A stretch of 64,000 nt of DNA. It comes from Nitrospirota bacterium (GTDB lineage: Bacteria > Nitrospirota > JACRHJ01). Both the position numbers and the translations under genes were made by a program. The notes under the pieces were generated by a model. It ran no database searches, was not told the origin of the DNA, and was given only the letters and a program-made list of their open reading frames with translations. How positions within the stretch are numbered: position 1 is the stretch's first letter; each line of letters starts with the position of its first letter. The stretch is from contig CAWJRJ010000013.1 in NCBI GenBank assembly GCA_963845245.1, positions 23,234 to 87,233 of the forward strand. Reading direction: 5' to 3'. Positions 31,853 through 41,793 of this stretch are shown here, one piece after another.

Positions 31853-31883
31853 AAAAAAGGCGGTCCGGTTCGGGCCGCCTTTT
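31853..31883. terminator. Bidirectional terminator hairpin (GGCGGCC family)
   Basis: AAAAAAGGCGGTCCG-GTT-CGGGCCGCCTTTT between convergent genes. Confidence 0.8.
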
Positions 31884-31887
31884 AATG

Positions 31888-33093
31888 TTACTTTATCCTT
31901 CCTCTGAGGCGCTCCGGCTCGACTACCTCGTCTTTCAATATCAGCTCTCGCGCGGCATCGATCCGGTCCGGCATGTTGCACATCATCGCGCCCTTTACCT
32001 TGCCCTCAAGCATATAGTATACGACCCCCGTGTCGAACTCCTTCTGCCAGTCCGCAAAGGTGGTAAGGTTGGCGTCCACCTCACCCACAGCCTCGTAGTT
32101 GAACTCGAACAGGTCGGAGAAGAAGAAAGGCATGTAGGTGAACGGTTCGTTCGCCCCTGCCATGTTCCTGCCCGCCGCAAGGCCCTGGGCCCTTGAGTTA
32201 TCCCAGTGTTCGATGCGCGCCCTGTGGCCGAGCGCCTTGTACGGGAAGAAGGCGACATCGCCCGCCGCGTATATGTCCTGGTCGGAGCTTCTTAGGTACT
32301 CGTTCACGGCGATGCCGTCCGCAAGCGTGAGGCCGGCATTCTTCGCAAGCTCCACGTTCGGCATAACCCCGACGCCTGCTATGATGATGTCCGCCGCAAT
32401 CTCCTGCTCCTTATTGGTAGCTACCACAAAACGTGTGCCCTCTTTTCTGATAGAGATGGGCGTCTCATTGTGCAGTACGTTGACGCCATGCCCGGCAAAG
32501 CCTGCCTGAACCGCCTTTGCAAGATAGTCCGGGAGCACGCGCCCGCATATGTACTTGGAGGGGAACAGCATCGTGACGTTCATCCTGTTTATGGTGAGCG
32601 CGGCCGCAAGCTCCGAGCCTATGAAACCGCCTCCTATTACGACTGCGTTCTTCCCTGAAGCGGCCTCGTACCTAGTCTTTCTGTAGTCGTCCAGGAAGCG
32701 GTAGTAGCACACGCCTTCGAGGTCACCGCCGGGTATTGGCAGACGCCTCGGGCTGCTGCCGGTTGCCAGCAGGAGCTTCGCATATTTGTAGGTATTACCC
32801 TTGTCGTCCGAGACGGTATTGCTGTTTGTATCAAGTCGGGTGACCCTGGTGCCAAGGGAAAGCAGGACGCCGTTTTGTTCGTAAAAGTCCTTGGACTCGA
32901 TGAATATTTCGTCCACCGCCATCTTGTCAAACCAAAGCATCTTCGACAGCGGCGGCCTGTCATAGGGCATGTGGTTCTCTGCTCCTATCAGAAGTATGGA
33001 GCCGTCCTTGTCCTTCTCGCGTATGCCCCTGATTGCCGACGCGCCCGCGAGTCCGCCACCGACGATAACATAGGTGTATGTTTGCTCAGCCAT
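31888..33093 (-). CDS. NAD(P)/FAD-dependent oxidoreductase (ferredoxin reductase/AIF-like)
   Basis: GGGLAG, PYDRPPLSK, LATG, GGGFIGSE, YAAGD, EHWDN, PFFFSD. Confidence 0.92.
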   Translation of the reverse strand: MAEQTYTYVIVGGGLAGASAIRGIREKDKDGSILLIGAENHMPYDRPPLSKMLWFDKMAVDEIFIESKDFYEQNGVLLSLGTRVTRLDTNSNTVSDDKGNTYKYAKLLLATGSSPRRLPIPGGDLEGVCYYRFLDDYRKTRYEAASGKNAVVIGGGFIGSELAAALTINRMNVTMLFPSKYICGRVLPDYLAKAVQAGFAGHGVNVLHNETPISIRKEGTRFVVATNKEQEIAADIIIAGVGVMPNVELAKNAGLTLADGIAVNEYLRSSDQDIYAAGDVAFFPYKALGHRARIEHWDNSRAQGLAAGRNMAGANEPFTYMPFFFSDLFEFNYEAVGEVDANLTTFADWQKEFDTGVVYYMLEGKVKGAMMCNMPDRIDAARELILKDEVVEPERLRGRIK

Positions 33094-33162
33094 GCCAGCC
33101 CTCCGGAATGTGTATACCTATTAAATATAGCATTTTTTTTATTATGGAGGGGCATACGACAG

Positions 33163-33180
33163 ATAAAAAGGCCTAAGCCG
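33163..33180 (+). repeat. 18-bp direct repeat, copy 1
   Basis: ATAAAAAGGCCTAAGCCG, identical to 35632..35649. Confidence 0.85.
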
Positions 33181-33562
33181 CCTTGGCTTAATCCTTTTTA
33201 TTTTCTAAAGACAAGAGAAAAATTATTGACACCCCATATCTGTATAATGATATTATCGTGAAAGTCATTTACAAATTATATAGTAGCTGCGATGAAACAT
33301 GTCTTTAAAAGAAAAGAAGAAGTCAAAAGAATAAGCTTGGTAGCGGGTCAGTTTCAATTTAAATTCACGGTCGTGATTGCATAGATACAAACCCCAGTTT
33401 ACCAGCCTTTTTTGCTATCGGTCTTGACCTCATCCTACCGATATAATTACCCTGACTTCATTTGTTGTCCTGATTAATGGCATGGCGGAGACAGTTAAGC
33501 TCACACCCATACCCTCGAAGGAAAGCATATTTTGAGCGAACCATATTTCAGGGCAGTTTAAC

Positions 33563-35590
33563 ATGAGCGATAAGTTGCAAACAAAAAAAGCGGCCCTCAA
33601 TGTAAACGGCTTGCAGCTCTATATTCTGCTAGCTATCTCATTCGGGGTTTATATTAACACGCTCTGGAACGGTTTTGTGTATGACGACAGCATCCAGATA
33701 CTCCAGAATCATTGGATACGTGATATAACATATCTCCCTGAGATATTCGAGAAAGGCGTATGGGGGTTTCGAGGTTCATCTATGACGGGCTCCAACTATT
33801 ATCGCCCAATGATGCATTTAATATATATGCTGGACTACCTCCTTTTCGGCTTCGCACCGTGGGGTTTTCACCTGGTCAATGTGCTGCTGCATATGGCTGT
33901 CTGTGTGCTAGTTTTTTTTGTAACCAAGAGGCTCCTTCGGGAATACGGCTATAGCGACAGGCAGGACCAGCTCTTTATGCCGTTCGCTGTTGCTGTCATC
34001 TTCGCCGTCCACCCTATCCATACCGAGGTCGTCGCTTGGGTAGCAGGGGTGCCGGAGCTCTCGTTTACGTTCTTTTACCTGTTGTCTTTTTATTTATATA
34101 TGGGTTCCCGGTGCGAACAGGGCTCTAAAAATAAAAGAGCAGTTTTATTCTCTTTAGCATCATTCTTCATCGCAATGCTCTGTAAGGAGCCGGCCGTCAC
34201 CCTTCCCGCCGCCCTTTTCTGTTATGACTATGTGGTCAAGAAAAGCAAGGACCGGCCCGCCGGGTATATCAAGAGGTACCTGCCGTATTTTATGACGATC
34301 ATAGCATACCTTGCCCTGAGATTTTCTGCCTTACGCGGCTTTGCGCCGGAGACGCATTGGAAGTTAAGCGCATACCAAATCGTGGTTAACACCTTCCAGC
34401 TTTTTGGTCAATATCTCAGGAAGCTTGTGCTACCCCTGAACATGAATGCCATGTATCAGTTCCGTCCGGCCACATCCATATTCGATGTGGATGTTTTGTT
34501 CGGGTTTATATTAACGGCTATTTTCGTGCTTACCTTTGTTACGTTACTAAAGAAGCGCTCCATTTTGTCGTTCGGGCTCATCCTTGTCGTCTTACCGCTT
34601 ATTCCGGCCATGTATATACCCGCAATGGGCAGAAACGTGTTCGCAGAGCGGTACCTGTATCTGCCGGTTTTTGGATTTTCGCTTCTGCTCTGCCTGCTGG
34701 CCGTCTGGACATCTGAACGCCAGCCACGATCGTCAAGGATTATCGCTTTATGTTTCTTGTGCCTCGTAGTGGTTTATTCAGGTATGACGATAGCCAGGAA
34801 TCGGATATGGAAGGATAATCTTACACTCTGGTCCGACGCCGTCAGGAAATCCCCAGACGAGGCAATGGTCCATGGATCCCTGGGCCAGGCGTATTTCAAC
34901 AAAGGCTGGGTAGACAGGGCTATAGATGAGTATCAGCTTGCCCTGAAAATATGGCCTGATGATGAGCTCGCACACTACAACCTGGGCCTGGCGTATTTTG
35001 AAAAAGGTTGGGTAGACAGGGCGATAGATGAGTACCAGCTCGCCCTGAAAATAAGCCCTGATTATGAGGGTGTCCACAACAACCTGGGTAATGCATATTA
35101 CGCCAAAGGTTTGGTGGACAGGGCAATGGTTGAGTACCAGCTTGCCCTGAAAATATGGCCTGATGATGAGCTTGCTCACAACAACTTGGGCAATGTATAT
35201 TATGCCAAGGGCTGGATGGACAAGGCGATACACGAATACTCGCTCACCCTTAAAATAAGTCCTGATGATGCTGACGCGCACAAAAACCTGGGCAATGCAT
35301 ATTACACGAAAGGTTTGGTGGACAGGGCAATAGATGAGTACCAGCTTGCCCTTAAAATCAGGCCTGATGATGCCGACGCCCATTGCAACTTGGGCATTTC
35401 CTTTGCCGCCAAAGGGATACCCGACAAGGCGATAGAGGAGTTCAGGTCCGCAATAAGATTAAAACCCGGTTTTGCCAACGCCCATTTCAATTTAGGACAT
35501 GCCTTGATGAATAAGGGTTTTAAAGAGGAGGCCTTGAAGGAGTTGGATACCGCAGCCCGCACCCAGGCTAAAGCCGTTGGCCAGCGATGA
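33563..35590 (+). CDS. TMTC-like GT-C membrane glycosyltransferase with C-terminal TPRs
   Basis: FVYDD acidic motif, YYRP, FHLVNVLLH, HPIHTE.V.W, KE, AERYLYLP, W.DN.TLW, then about 7 TPRs. Confidence 0.88.
   Translation: MSDKLQTKKAALNVNGLQLYILLAISFGVYINTLWNGFVYDDSIQILQNHWIRDITYLPEIFEKGVWGFRGSSMTGSNYYRPMMHLIYMLDYLLFGFAPWGFHLVNVLLHMAVCVLVFFVTKRLLREYGYSDRQDQLFMPFAVAVIFAVHPIHTEVVAWVAGVPELSFTFFYLLSFYLYMGSRCEQGSKNKRAVLFSLASFFIAMLCKEPAVTLPAALFCYDYVVKKSKDRPAGYIKRYLPYFMTIIAYLALRFSALRGFAPETHWKLSAYQIVVNTFQLFGQYLRKLVLPLNMNAMYQFRPATSIFDVDVLFGFILTAIFVLTFVTLLKKRSILSFGLILVVLPLIPAMYIPAMGRNVFAERYLYLPVFGFSLLLCLLAVWTSERQPRSSRIIALCFLCLVVVYSGMTIARNRIWKDNLTLWSDAVRKSPDEAMVHGSLGQAYFNKGWVDRAIDEYQLALKIWPDDELAHYNLGLAYFEKGWVDRAIDEYQLALKISPDYEGVHNNLGNAYYAKGLVDRAMVEYQLALKIWPDDELAHNNLGNVYYAKGWMDKAIHEYSLTLKISPDDADAHKNLGNAYYTKGLVDRAIDEYQLALKIRPDDADAHCNLGISFAAKGIPDKAIEEFRSAIRLKPGFANAHFNLGHALMNKGFKEEALKELDTAARTQAKAVGQR
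34879..35388 (+). repeat. Five tandem 102-bp TPR-coding units with high DNA similarity
   Basis: Recurrent GACAGGGC.ATAGATGAGTA.CAGCT.GCCCT.AAAAT and CCTGATGATG at 102-bp spacing. Confidence 0.85.
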
Positions 35591-35631
35591 TATCGGCCAG
35601 TTGCTAAAAACATTGGTCACGCCTGAGGAAA

Positions 35632-35649
35632 ATAAAAAGGCCTAAGCCG
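35632..35649 (+). repeat. 18-bp direct repeat, copy 2
   Basis: ATAAAAAGGCCTAAGCCG, identical to 33163..33180. Confidence 0.85.
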
Positions 35650-35924
35650 ATGAATTAAAGCATAGATAACGTATTAATTAACAAATGATTTCTAGAATGG
35701 GCTTGCGCGTATTAAAGGTTTACCTGTTGTATTACCATCCGACAGACAGGTTTTTTGACACGAGTGAGTTTTGTGCCTATACTATAAATTATAAAATAGT
35801 CTGTTAAAGAATTTTTAGCCCAGCCTTAAGTCGTGCCCTCGAAGATCCTCGAAATTCCAAGAAATAGGATAGTCGGCAGTTACCTTGTAAGTTGTTGTTC
35901 CTAAAAGTATTTAGGAGGATAACG

Positions 35925-38900
35925 ATGGGGAAAACTGTTTCTATCTTCCTGGCCTGTTTATTATCCATCCAATATTTTTGCTTCCCTGTTAATGCCCTGG
36001 CCGATGGACCTGTCGGGTTTTATGACGACATGGAGAACGGGATGTCAAAGTGGAACGCCACGGGCTTCTGGCACCAGGTGGAAGACGGTGTCAGCCCATA
36101 TGCCAACAGCCATAGTAAAATCCACAGCTGGTGGTTTGGACAGGACGCCACTGGTAACTATGACAACCGTGCGATTGTTTCTGGAAGTTTGATTACAACA
36201 ACTTTTTATGTACCCCAAAAAGGGTCCCTGGCTTTTTGGAGCTGGGAAAGCACGGAAAATAAACCCGGTTTTGACACAAGGACGGTTTATTTAACAAACG
36301 ATAACGGCACAACCTGGATAAAGATATATGAATCAGGCGATAACAGTTCCACTTGGCATAAAGTGTCGGTTGACCTCTCAGACTATGGGAATCAGGCTGT
36401 CAAACTGAAATTTGCGTTTGATACGGTGAACAAAGTCCGCAACAACTACCGTGGATGGTACATAGATGACGTAGCGGTTTTTTCCGACCCCGTTTCGGAT
36501 ATAACCGCGCCCGTCAATGGAGATATCATATCGGGTCAGCCAATAGCCATAAGCGGACGGGCTGTCGATAATAGCGGCTCGGGGTTGAACAAGGTCGAAG
36601 TCTCGATAAATGGCGGGGCATGGCGGACGGCGACAGGCACTGCCAACTGGAGTTACATATGGACCCTGCCTGCGGATGGAATCAATAACATAAAATCCAG
36701 GGCCACGGACAACGCTGGAAACATTGAAACCCCTGCGGCGGGTGTCGAGGTGACAGTGGATAACACCCCTCCGTCTACAAACGTAACAAGCCCGGCAAAT
36801 GGCGCTTTCATCAAAGGGACGACGATAAGCTTGAGCGGGACTGCAAGCGATGGAGAGGGTACTGGTGTAGCAAAAGTCGAGATCTCCAGTGACGGAGGAA
36901 AGGCATGGGACACCGCAACAGGTACGACAAACTGGGATTATGACCTTGGAATAAGCCCGCCGGAAAATTACAGCATGTGGCGCGTGGCAAGTGCAATGAT
37001 ACGCGATGTTCAAAGCAGCGACGCAATAACCGTCCGGGTTAAACATTTATTGAAAGCCGATGGTTCTAAAGTCCGGGTCGGTTTTGTGTCCGGGCCGACC
37101 CAGGCCATCTCAATAGACGAGGCATATTTAGGAAATGATGCCGGCGATGGGGCGGTATCCGGGAACGTGCCGCTGACGTTTGGAGGGAACGGCTCCGTAA
37201 CCGTGCCGGGTGGCGAAACCATATTCAGCGACCCTGTCACCTGGAACGCTATACGCGGCAGCACCGTAGTTGTCACGACATACGGAACTGGCCTTAGTTT
37301 GGGTAGGAACCGCGACTTTGCCAGCTATTACGAGGACGGCGATGTGGCCGGGGTGTCAAGGCCGCTCGCCAACAAGACCTATTTGTTTCGTAGCGGTTAT
37401 GATATCTGGAATGCCCTTGTGGTGGAGGTGTTAAGCGAAGGGACTTCAGCCAATGAGAACGTGTTGCTGCTGGGGGACTCGATCACTCTAGGCGCATATG
37501 CGTCATATGGAGCCAGGTACTGGGCCGGATTACTGGGCGCAAAGGTTAACGTGTTCAACGCGGCACTCGGCGGGACGACCGCGGCCTATGAGACAGGAGT
37601 GTTGGCGGGCATACTTGGTCACGGAATAAAATATGATAAAGCTATAGTTAGCCTCGGCACAAATGATATCGGTTTCGGGTATGCAGTGGATGATATAAAA
37701 ACAAACCTGTGCGCTATATATACCGCCCTGGAGTCTCAGGGTATCACAGTGATAGCAGGGAATATCACGCCGCGTTCGGCTGTAGGCTCAATGGAAACCG
37801 CGCGCCTTGACATTAACGACTGGCTTGGGACATTGCCGTGTGGGATAAAAGGGGTCATAGACTTCGATGCCGCGGTAAGAGACCCTGCCAGCCCCAGCAA
37901 GATGCTGCCCGGGTATGACGACGGTTACGGTCTTCACCCAAGCAGCCTGGGGCATGCGGCGATGTACGGCGCCATAGACAAGGAAAATCTTTTTACTGCG
38001 GGCTTGGTGTTCGATATAAACGCCCGCGCGATCGACATCGCAGGCAATGTTGAAGACCCTTATCAGATGGTCAGGGTCACAGTGGATAATTCAGCGCCGA
38101 CGTCCACAATAGAGAACATATCCGCAGGTGCCACGCTTACCGGTACATCGTATAAAATAAGTGGGACCTCCGAAGACGGCGCTGGCTGCGGTGTGAACAA
38201 AGTCGAGGTATCCACAAACGCCGGCATTACATGGAACCTGGCCGAGGGGGCTTCGGCATGGAGCTACGGATGGATCTTGCCCGTAAGCGGGAACTTCACT
38301 GTAATGAGCCGCGCCGCCGACAGGGCGGGCAACGAAGAAATTCCAGATACCGGTGTCAGCTGCACGGTCGTAGCTTACGGCACACCTGAGCTACCGCATT
38401 TCAACTGGAACCCGTCGATTTGTGGCGGGAGCTGCGAGTTCTGCCATCGCACCCCGGCCACCTTTCTGCCGGCGGGAATCAGGGAAACGACAGAATATTG
38501 CCGGTCATGCCATAACGCGGCGGGCATCTCGCATGAAAGGGACCTTTTGGGCTCCCATGAGCATGCAACGATGGTCAACGTGACGACCGGCGGGTGTAAG
38601 ACTCCTACTTACGGCAACATCACGGCCAGCGAATATAACAACCAGCCGTTCTCGAGGCTGTCGGCCGGAAACAAGATAACATGCGTCGTCTGCCATAATG
38701 TAATGAGGAAGACAGAAGACTACGGAAGGTCATGGGAGTATACGGCCACAAGCGACCACCTGACCTATAAGTTGCAATGGGGCGGATGGGACATGTACGG
38801 CTACCTTGTTCCGAAGGTGTACAGGGACACCAGCCTCTTTGCTGGCCCGGCATATGTTGAGGGCAAGAAGGCGTATCTTGTCGACCCGTCTGAATATACC

Positions 38901-39344
38901 TACGACGAGACGGCAGGCACGATAACATTCAAGGCGGCCCAGCCGTCAGGCGTCTATATATACGTAGGGCTCGATTACCAGTATCTGAGGGCATCTTCTC
39001 AGGACAACCGGCTTTGTTCCGACTGTCATGCCGAAGCCACACACAAGGGCAACAACTGCCTTTCCTGCCATCAGGCCCATAATACCGACAATATCGCAGG
39101 GATAAGAGGCACGCTACGGACGACCGACCGCTCGGAATGCAGGGTGAATTTCCAGAGTTACACGGGGGTCCATTCTTTTGCCGACGGCGATAAAACCTAT
39201 GACGGGATATGCGAGGTCTGCCACACGCTGACAAAATACTACAGGCGGGACGGCACAGGTTTCGTCAACCATTCGGGAGGTATGAACTATGACGGGAAAC
39301 GCTGCACCGCCTGCCATAGCCACTCGACAGGATTTGCCAAATGA
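35925..39344 (+). CDS. Secreted multidomain protein: jelly-roll, Ig-like repeats, SGNH hydrolase, C-terminal multiheme cytochrome c (7 CXXCH)
   Basis: AGGAGG RBS, signal peptide; GWYIDDV; Ig units ending SRATDNAGN.E; GDSIT/GTND/GLHP; CEFCH, CRSCH, CVVCH, CSDCH, CLSCH, CEVCH, CTACH. Confidence 0.85.
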   Translation: MGKTVSIFLACLLSIQYFCFPVNALADGPVGFYDDMENGMSKWNATGFWHQVEDGVSPYANSHSKIHSWWFGQDATGNYDNRAIVSGSLITTTFYVPQKGSLAFWSWESTENKPGFDTRTVYLTNDNGTTWIKIYESGDNSSTWHKVSVDLSDYGNQAVKLKFAFDTVNKVRNNYRGWYIDDVAVFSDPVSDITAPVNGDIISGQPIAISGRAVDNSGSGLNKVEVSINGGAWRTATGTANWSYIWTLPADGINNIKSRATDNAGNIETPAAGVEVTVDNTPPSTNVTSPANGAFIKGTTISLSGTASDGEGTGVAKVEISSDGGKAWDTATGTTNWDYDLGISPPENYSMWRVASAMIRDVQSSDAITVRVKHLLKADGSKVRVGFVSGPTQAISIDEAYLGNDAGDGAVSGNVPLTFGGNGSVTVPGGETIFSDPVTWNAIRGSTVVVTTYGTGLSLGRNRDFASYYEDGDVAGVSRPLANKTYLFRSGYDIWNALVVEVLSEGTSANENVLLLGDSITLGAYASYGARYWAGLLGAKVNVFNAALGGTTAAYETGVLAGILGHGIKYDKAIVSLGTNDIGFGYAVDDIKTNLCAIYTALESQGITVIAGNITPRSAVGSMETARLDINDWLGTLPCGIKGVIDFDAAVRDPASPSKMLPGYDDGYGLHPSSLGHAAMYGAIDKENLFTAGLVFDINARAIDIAGNVEDPYQMVRVTVDNSAPTSTIENISAGATLTGTSYKISGTSEDGAGCGVNKVEVSTNAGITWNLAEGASAWSYGWILPVSGNFTVMSRAADRAGNEEIPDTGVSCTVVAYGTPELPHFNWNPSICGGSCEFCHRTPATFLPAGIRETTEYCRSCHNAAGISHERDLLGSHEHATMVNVTTGGCKTPTYGNITASEYNNQPFSRLSAGNKITCVVCHNVMRKTEDYGRSWEYTATSDHLTYKLQWGGWDMYGYLVPKVYRDTSLFAGPAYVEGKKAYLVDPSEYTYDETAGTITFKAAQPSGVYIYVGLDYQYLRASSQDNRLCSDCHAEATHKGNNCLSCHQAHNTDNIAGIRGTLRTTDRSECRVNFQSYTGVHSFADGDKTYDGICEVCHTLTKYYRRDGTGFVNHSGGMNYDGKRCTACHSHSTGFAK

Positions 39345-39382
39345 CATTGGGTTAATGAGATGCCAAAAGGGATTAACGGAAT

Positions 39383-39419
39383 AAAAAAGGGTTACGGGAA
39401 GTCCCGTAACCCTTTTTTT
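39383..39419. terminator. Bidirectional terminator
   Basis: AAAAAAGGGTTACGGGA-AG-TCCCGTAACCCTTTTTTT between the cytochrome gene and tRNA-Arg. Confidence 0.9.
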
Positions 39420-39425
39420 ATTTTA

Positions 39426-39502
<77 letters not shown>

Positions 39503-39522
39503 CTAGGTCGGGGGATATAACC

Positions 39523-40020
39523 TTAGTTCTTCTCCCAGCCGTTAAGCGTAATGGCATAATCCGGATGCGTGAAGGCATGGGTGGTCGGGAACTTCTGGAA
39601 CAGCCAGCCGTTGAACACTTCCTTGCCGCCCTCGGTGACTATGACCTTTGCAGCAGGGTTGGTCGGCTCGTTCGAGGCAGAGGTTATGTTCAGGCCCTGC
39701 ATGACGAACGCAGGCACGAACTCTACGGCCTTGATGTTAAGCTTGCTGCCGGGGATGTCCATCGCCTCGCCGAGCTTCACGGTGTAGTCCTTCTTCGACT
39801 TGCCCTTCTTGTCCTCGACCGTGATCTTTATCGACTTCCATTTGCCCTTCACGTCAGGCGGGATGGATACGGTAGCCGTCTGGCCCTTCTGCGGAAGCGC
39901 AAGCTTCGGCTCGCCGGCACCAGGTGCCTGGGCACCCTTTTCCTTCTCCTGCTTGCCGCACGCTGAAAGGGATACTGCAAGCACACCGGCCACGCACAGT
40001 ACAGTCAACTTTTTAAACAT
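39523..40020 (-). CDS. Lipoprotein, DUF2155-like C-terminal domain
   Basis: Lipobox LSAC; ITSASNEPTNPAA, FNGWLFQKFP..H.F.HP.Y.I.L. Confidence 0.75.
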   Translation of the reverse strand: MFKKLTVLCVAGVLAVSLSACGKQEKEKGAQAPGAGEPKLALPQKGQTATVSIPPDVKGKWKSIKITVEDKKGKSKKDYTVKLGEAMDIPGSKLNIKAVEFVPAFVMQGLNITSASNEPTNPAAKVIVTEGGKEVFNGWLFQKFPTTHAFTHPDYAITLNGWEKN

Positions 40021-40094
40021 CTTCAAGCCTCCCGTTGTTTTAGGTTCCTACACCTTGTTACTGTCAATCGATTGCGGCCCGTTGCCGCATAATA

Positions 40095-40186
40095 TGGCGG
40101 AGAGGCAGGGATTCGAACCCTGGGTGGAGATTGCTCCCCACGACGGTTTAGCAAACCGTTGCCTTCGGCCTCTCGGCCACCTCTCC
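40095..40186 (-). tRNA. tRNA-Ser(GCT)
   Basis: GGAGAGGTGGCCGAG...CGGTTT-GCT-AAACCG, long variable arm, GTTCGAATCC, CCA. Confidence 0.97.
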
Positions 40187-40220
40187 GTAAAACAAAAATC
40201 ACGCTGAATATGCTTACTTA

Positions 40221-40306
40221 TGGCGGAGGGAGTAGGATTCGAACCCACGGAACTTTCGTTCAACGGTTTTCAAGACCGCCGCCTTAAACCACTCGGCCAT
40301 CCCTCC
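40221..40306 (-). tRNA. tRNA-Ser(TGA)
   Basis: GGAGGGATGGCCGAGTGG...CGGTCT-TGA-AAACCG, long variable arm, CCA. Confidence 0.97.
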
Positions 40307-40333
40307 GTTTTATTCTGAAATCCTTCCTTCCGG

Positions 40334-41608
<1,275 letters not shown>

Positions 41609-41793
41609 TTATGGCTGACCACCCGCTTTTAAACGGAGCGGGCTCCTTGGTTTCAAATCAAGTTTTGAAATTTAACATGGGCGGGGCCTTTAGTCAAGGA
41701 TTTTTAAGAGAAAACCCTCATCCGCCGTGGCGGTTTGACATTTTGGGCAATATAACCAAAACTATATAAGTAGTAAAACGTTGCAGGGGGGTT

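Noticed and set aside
34879..35388. CRISPR-like periodicity
   Set aside because: In-frame 102-bp TPR coding units with no unique spacers; no cas genes.
35800..35890. GEMM-I riboswitch before the large cytochrome gene (GATAGTCGGCAGTTACC resembles its 3' end)
   Set aside because: The 5' stem, GNRA loop and GCAAA elements are not present.
40048..40263. ORFs 40048..40263 and 39800..40207
   Set aside because: They overlap the tRNA-Ser genes and are spurious.
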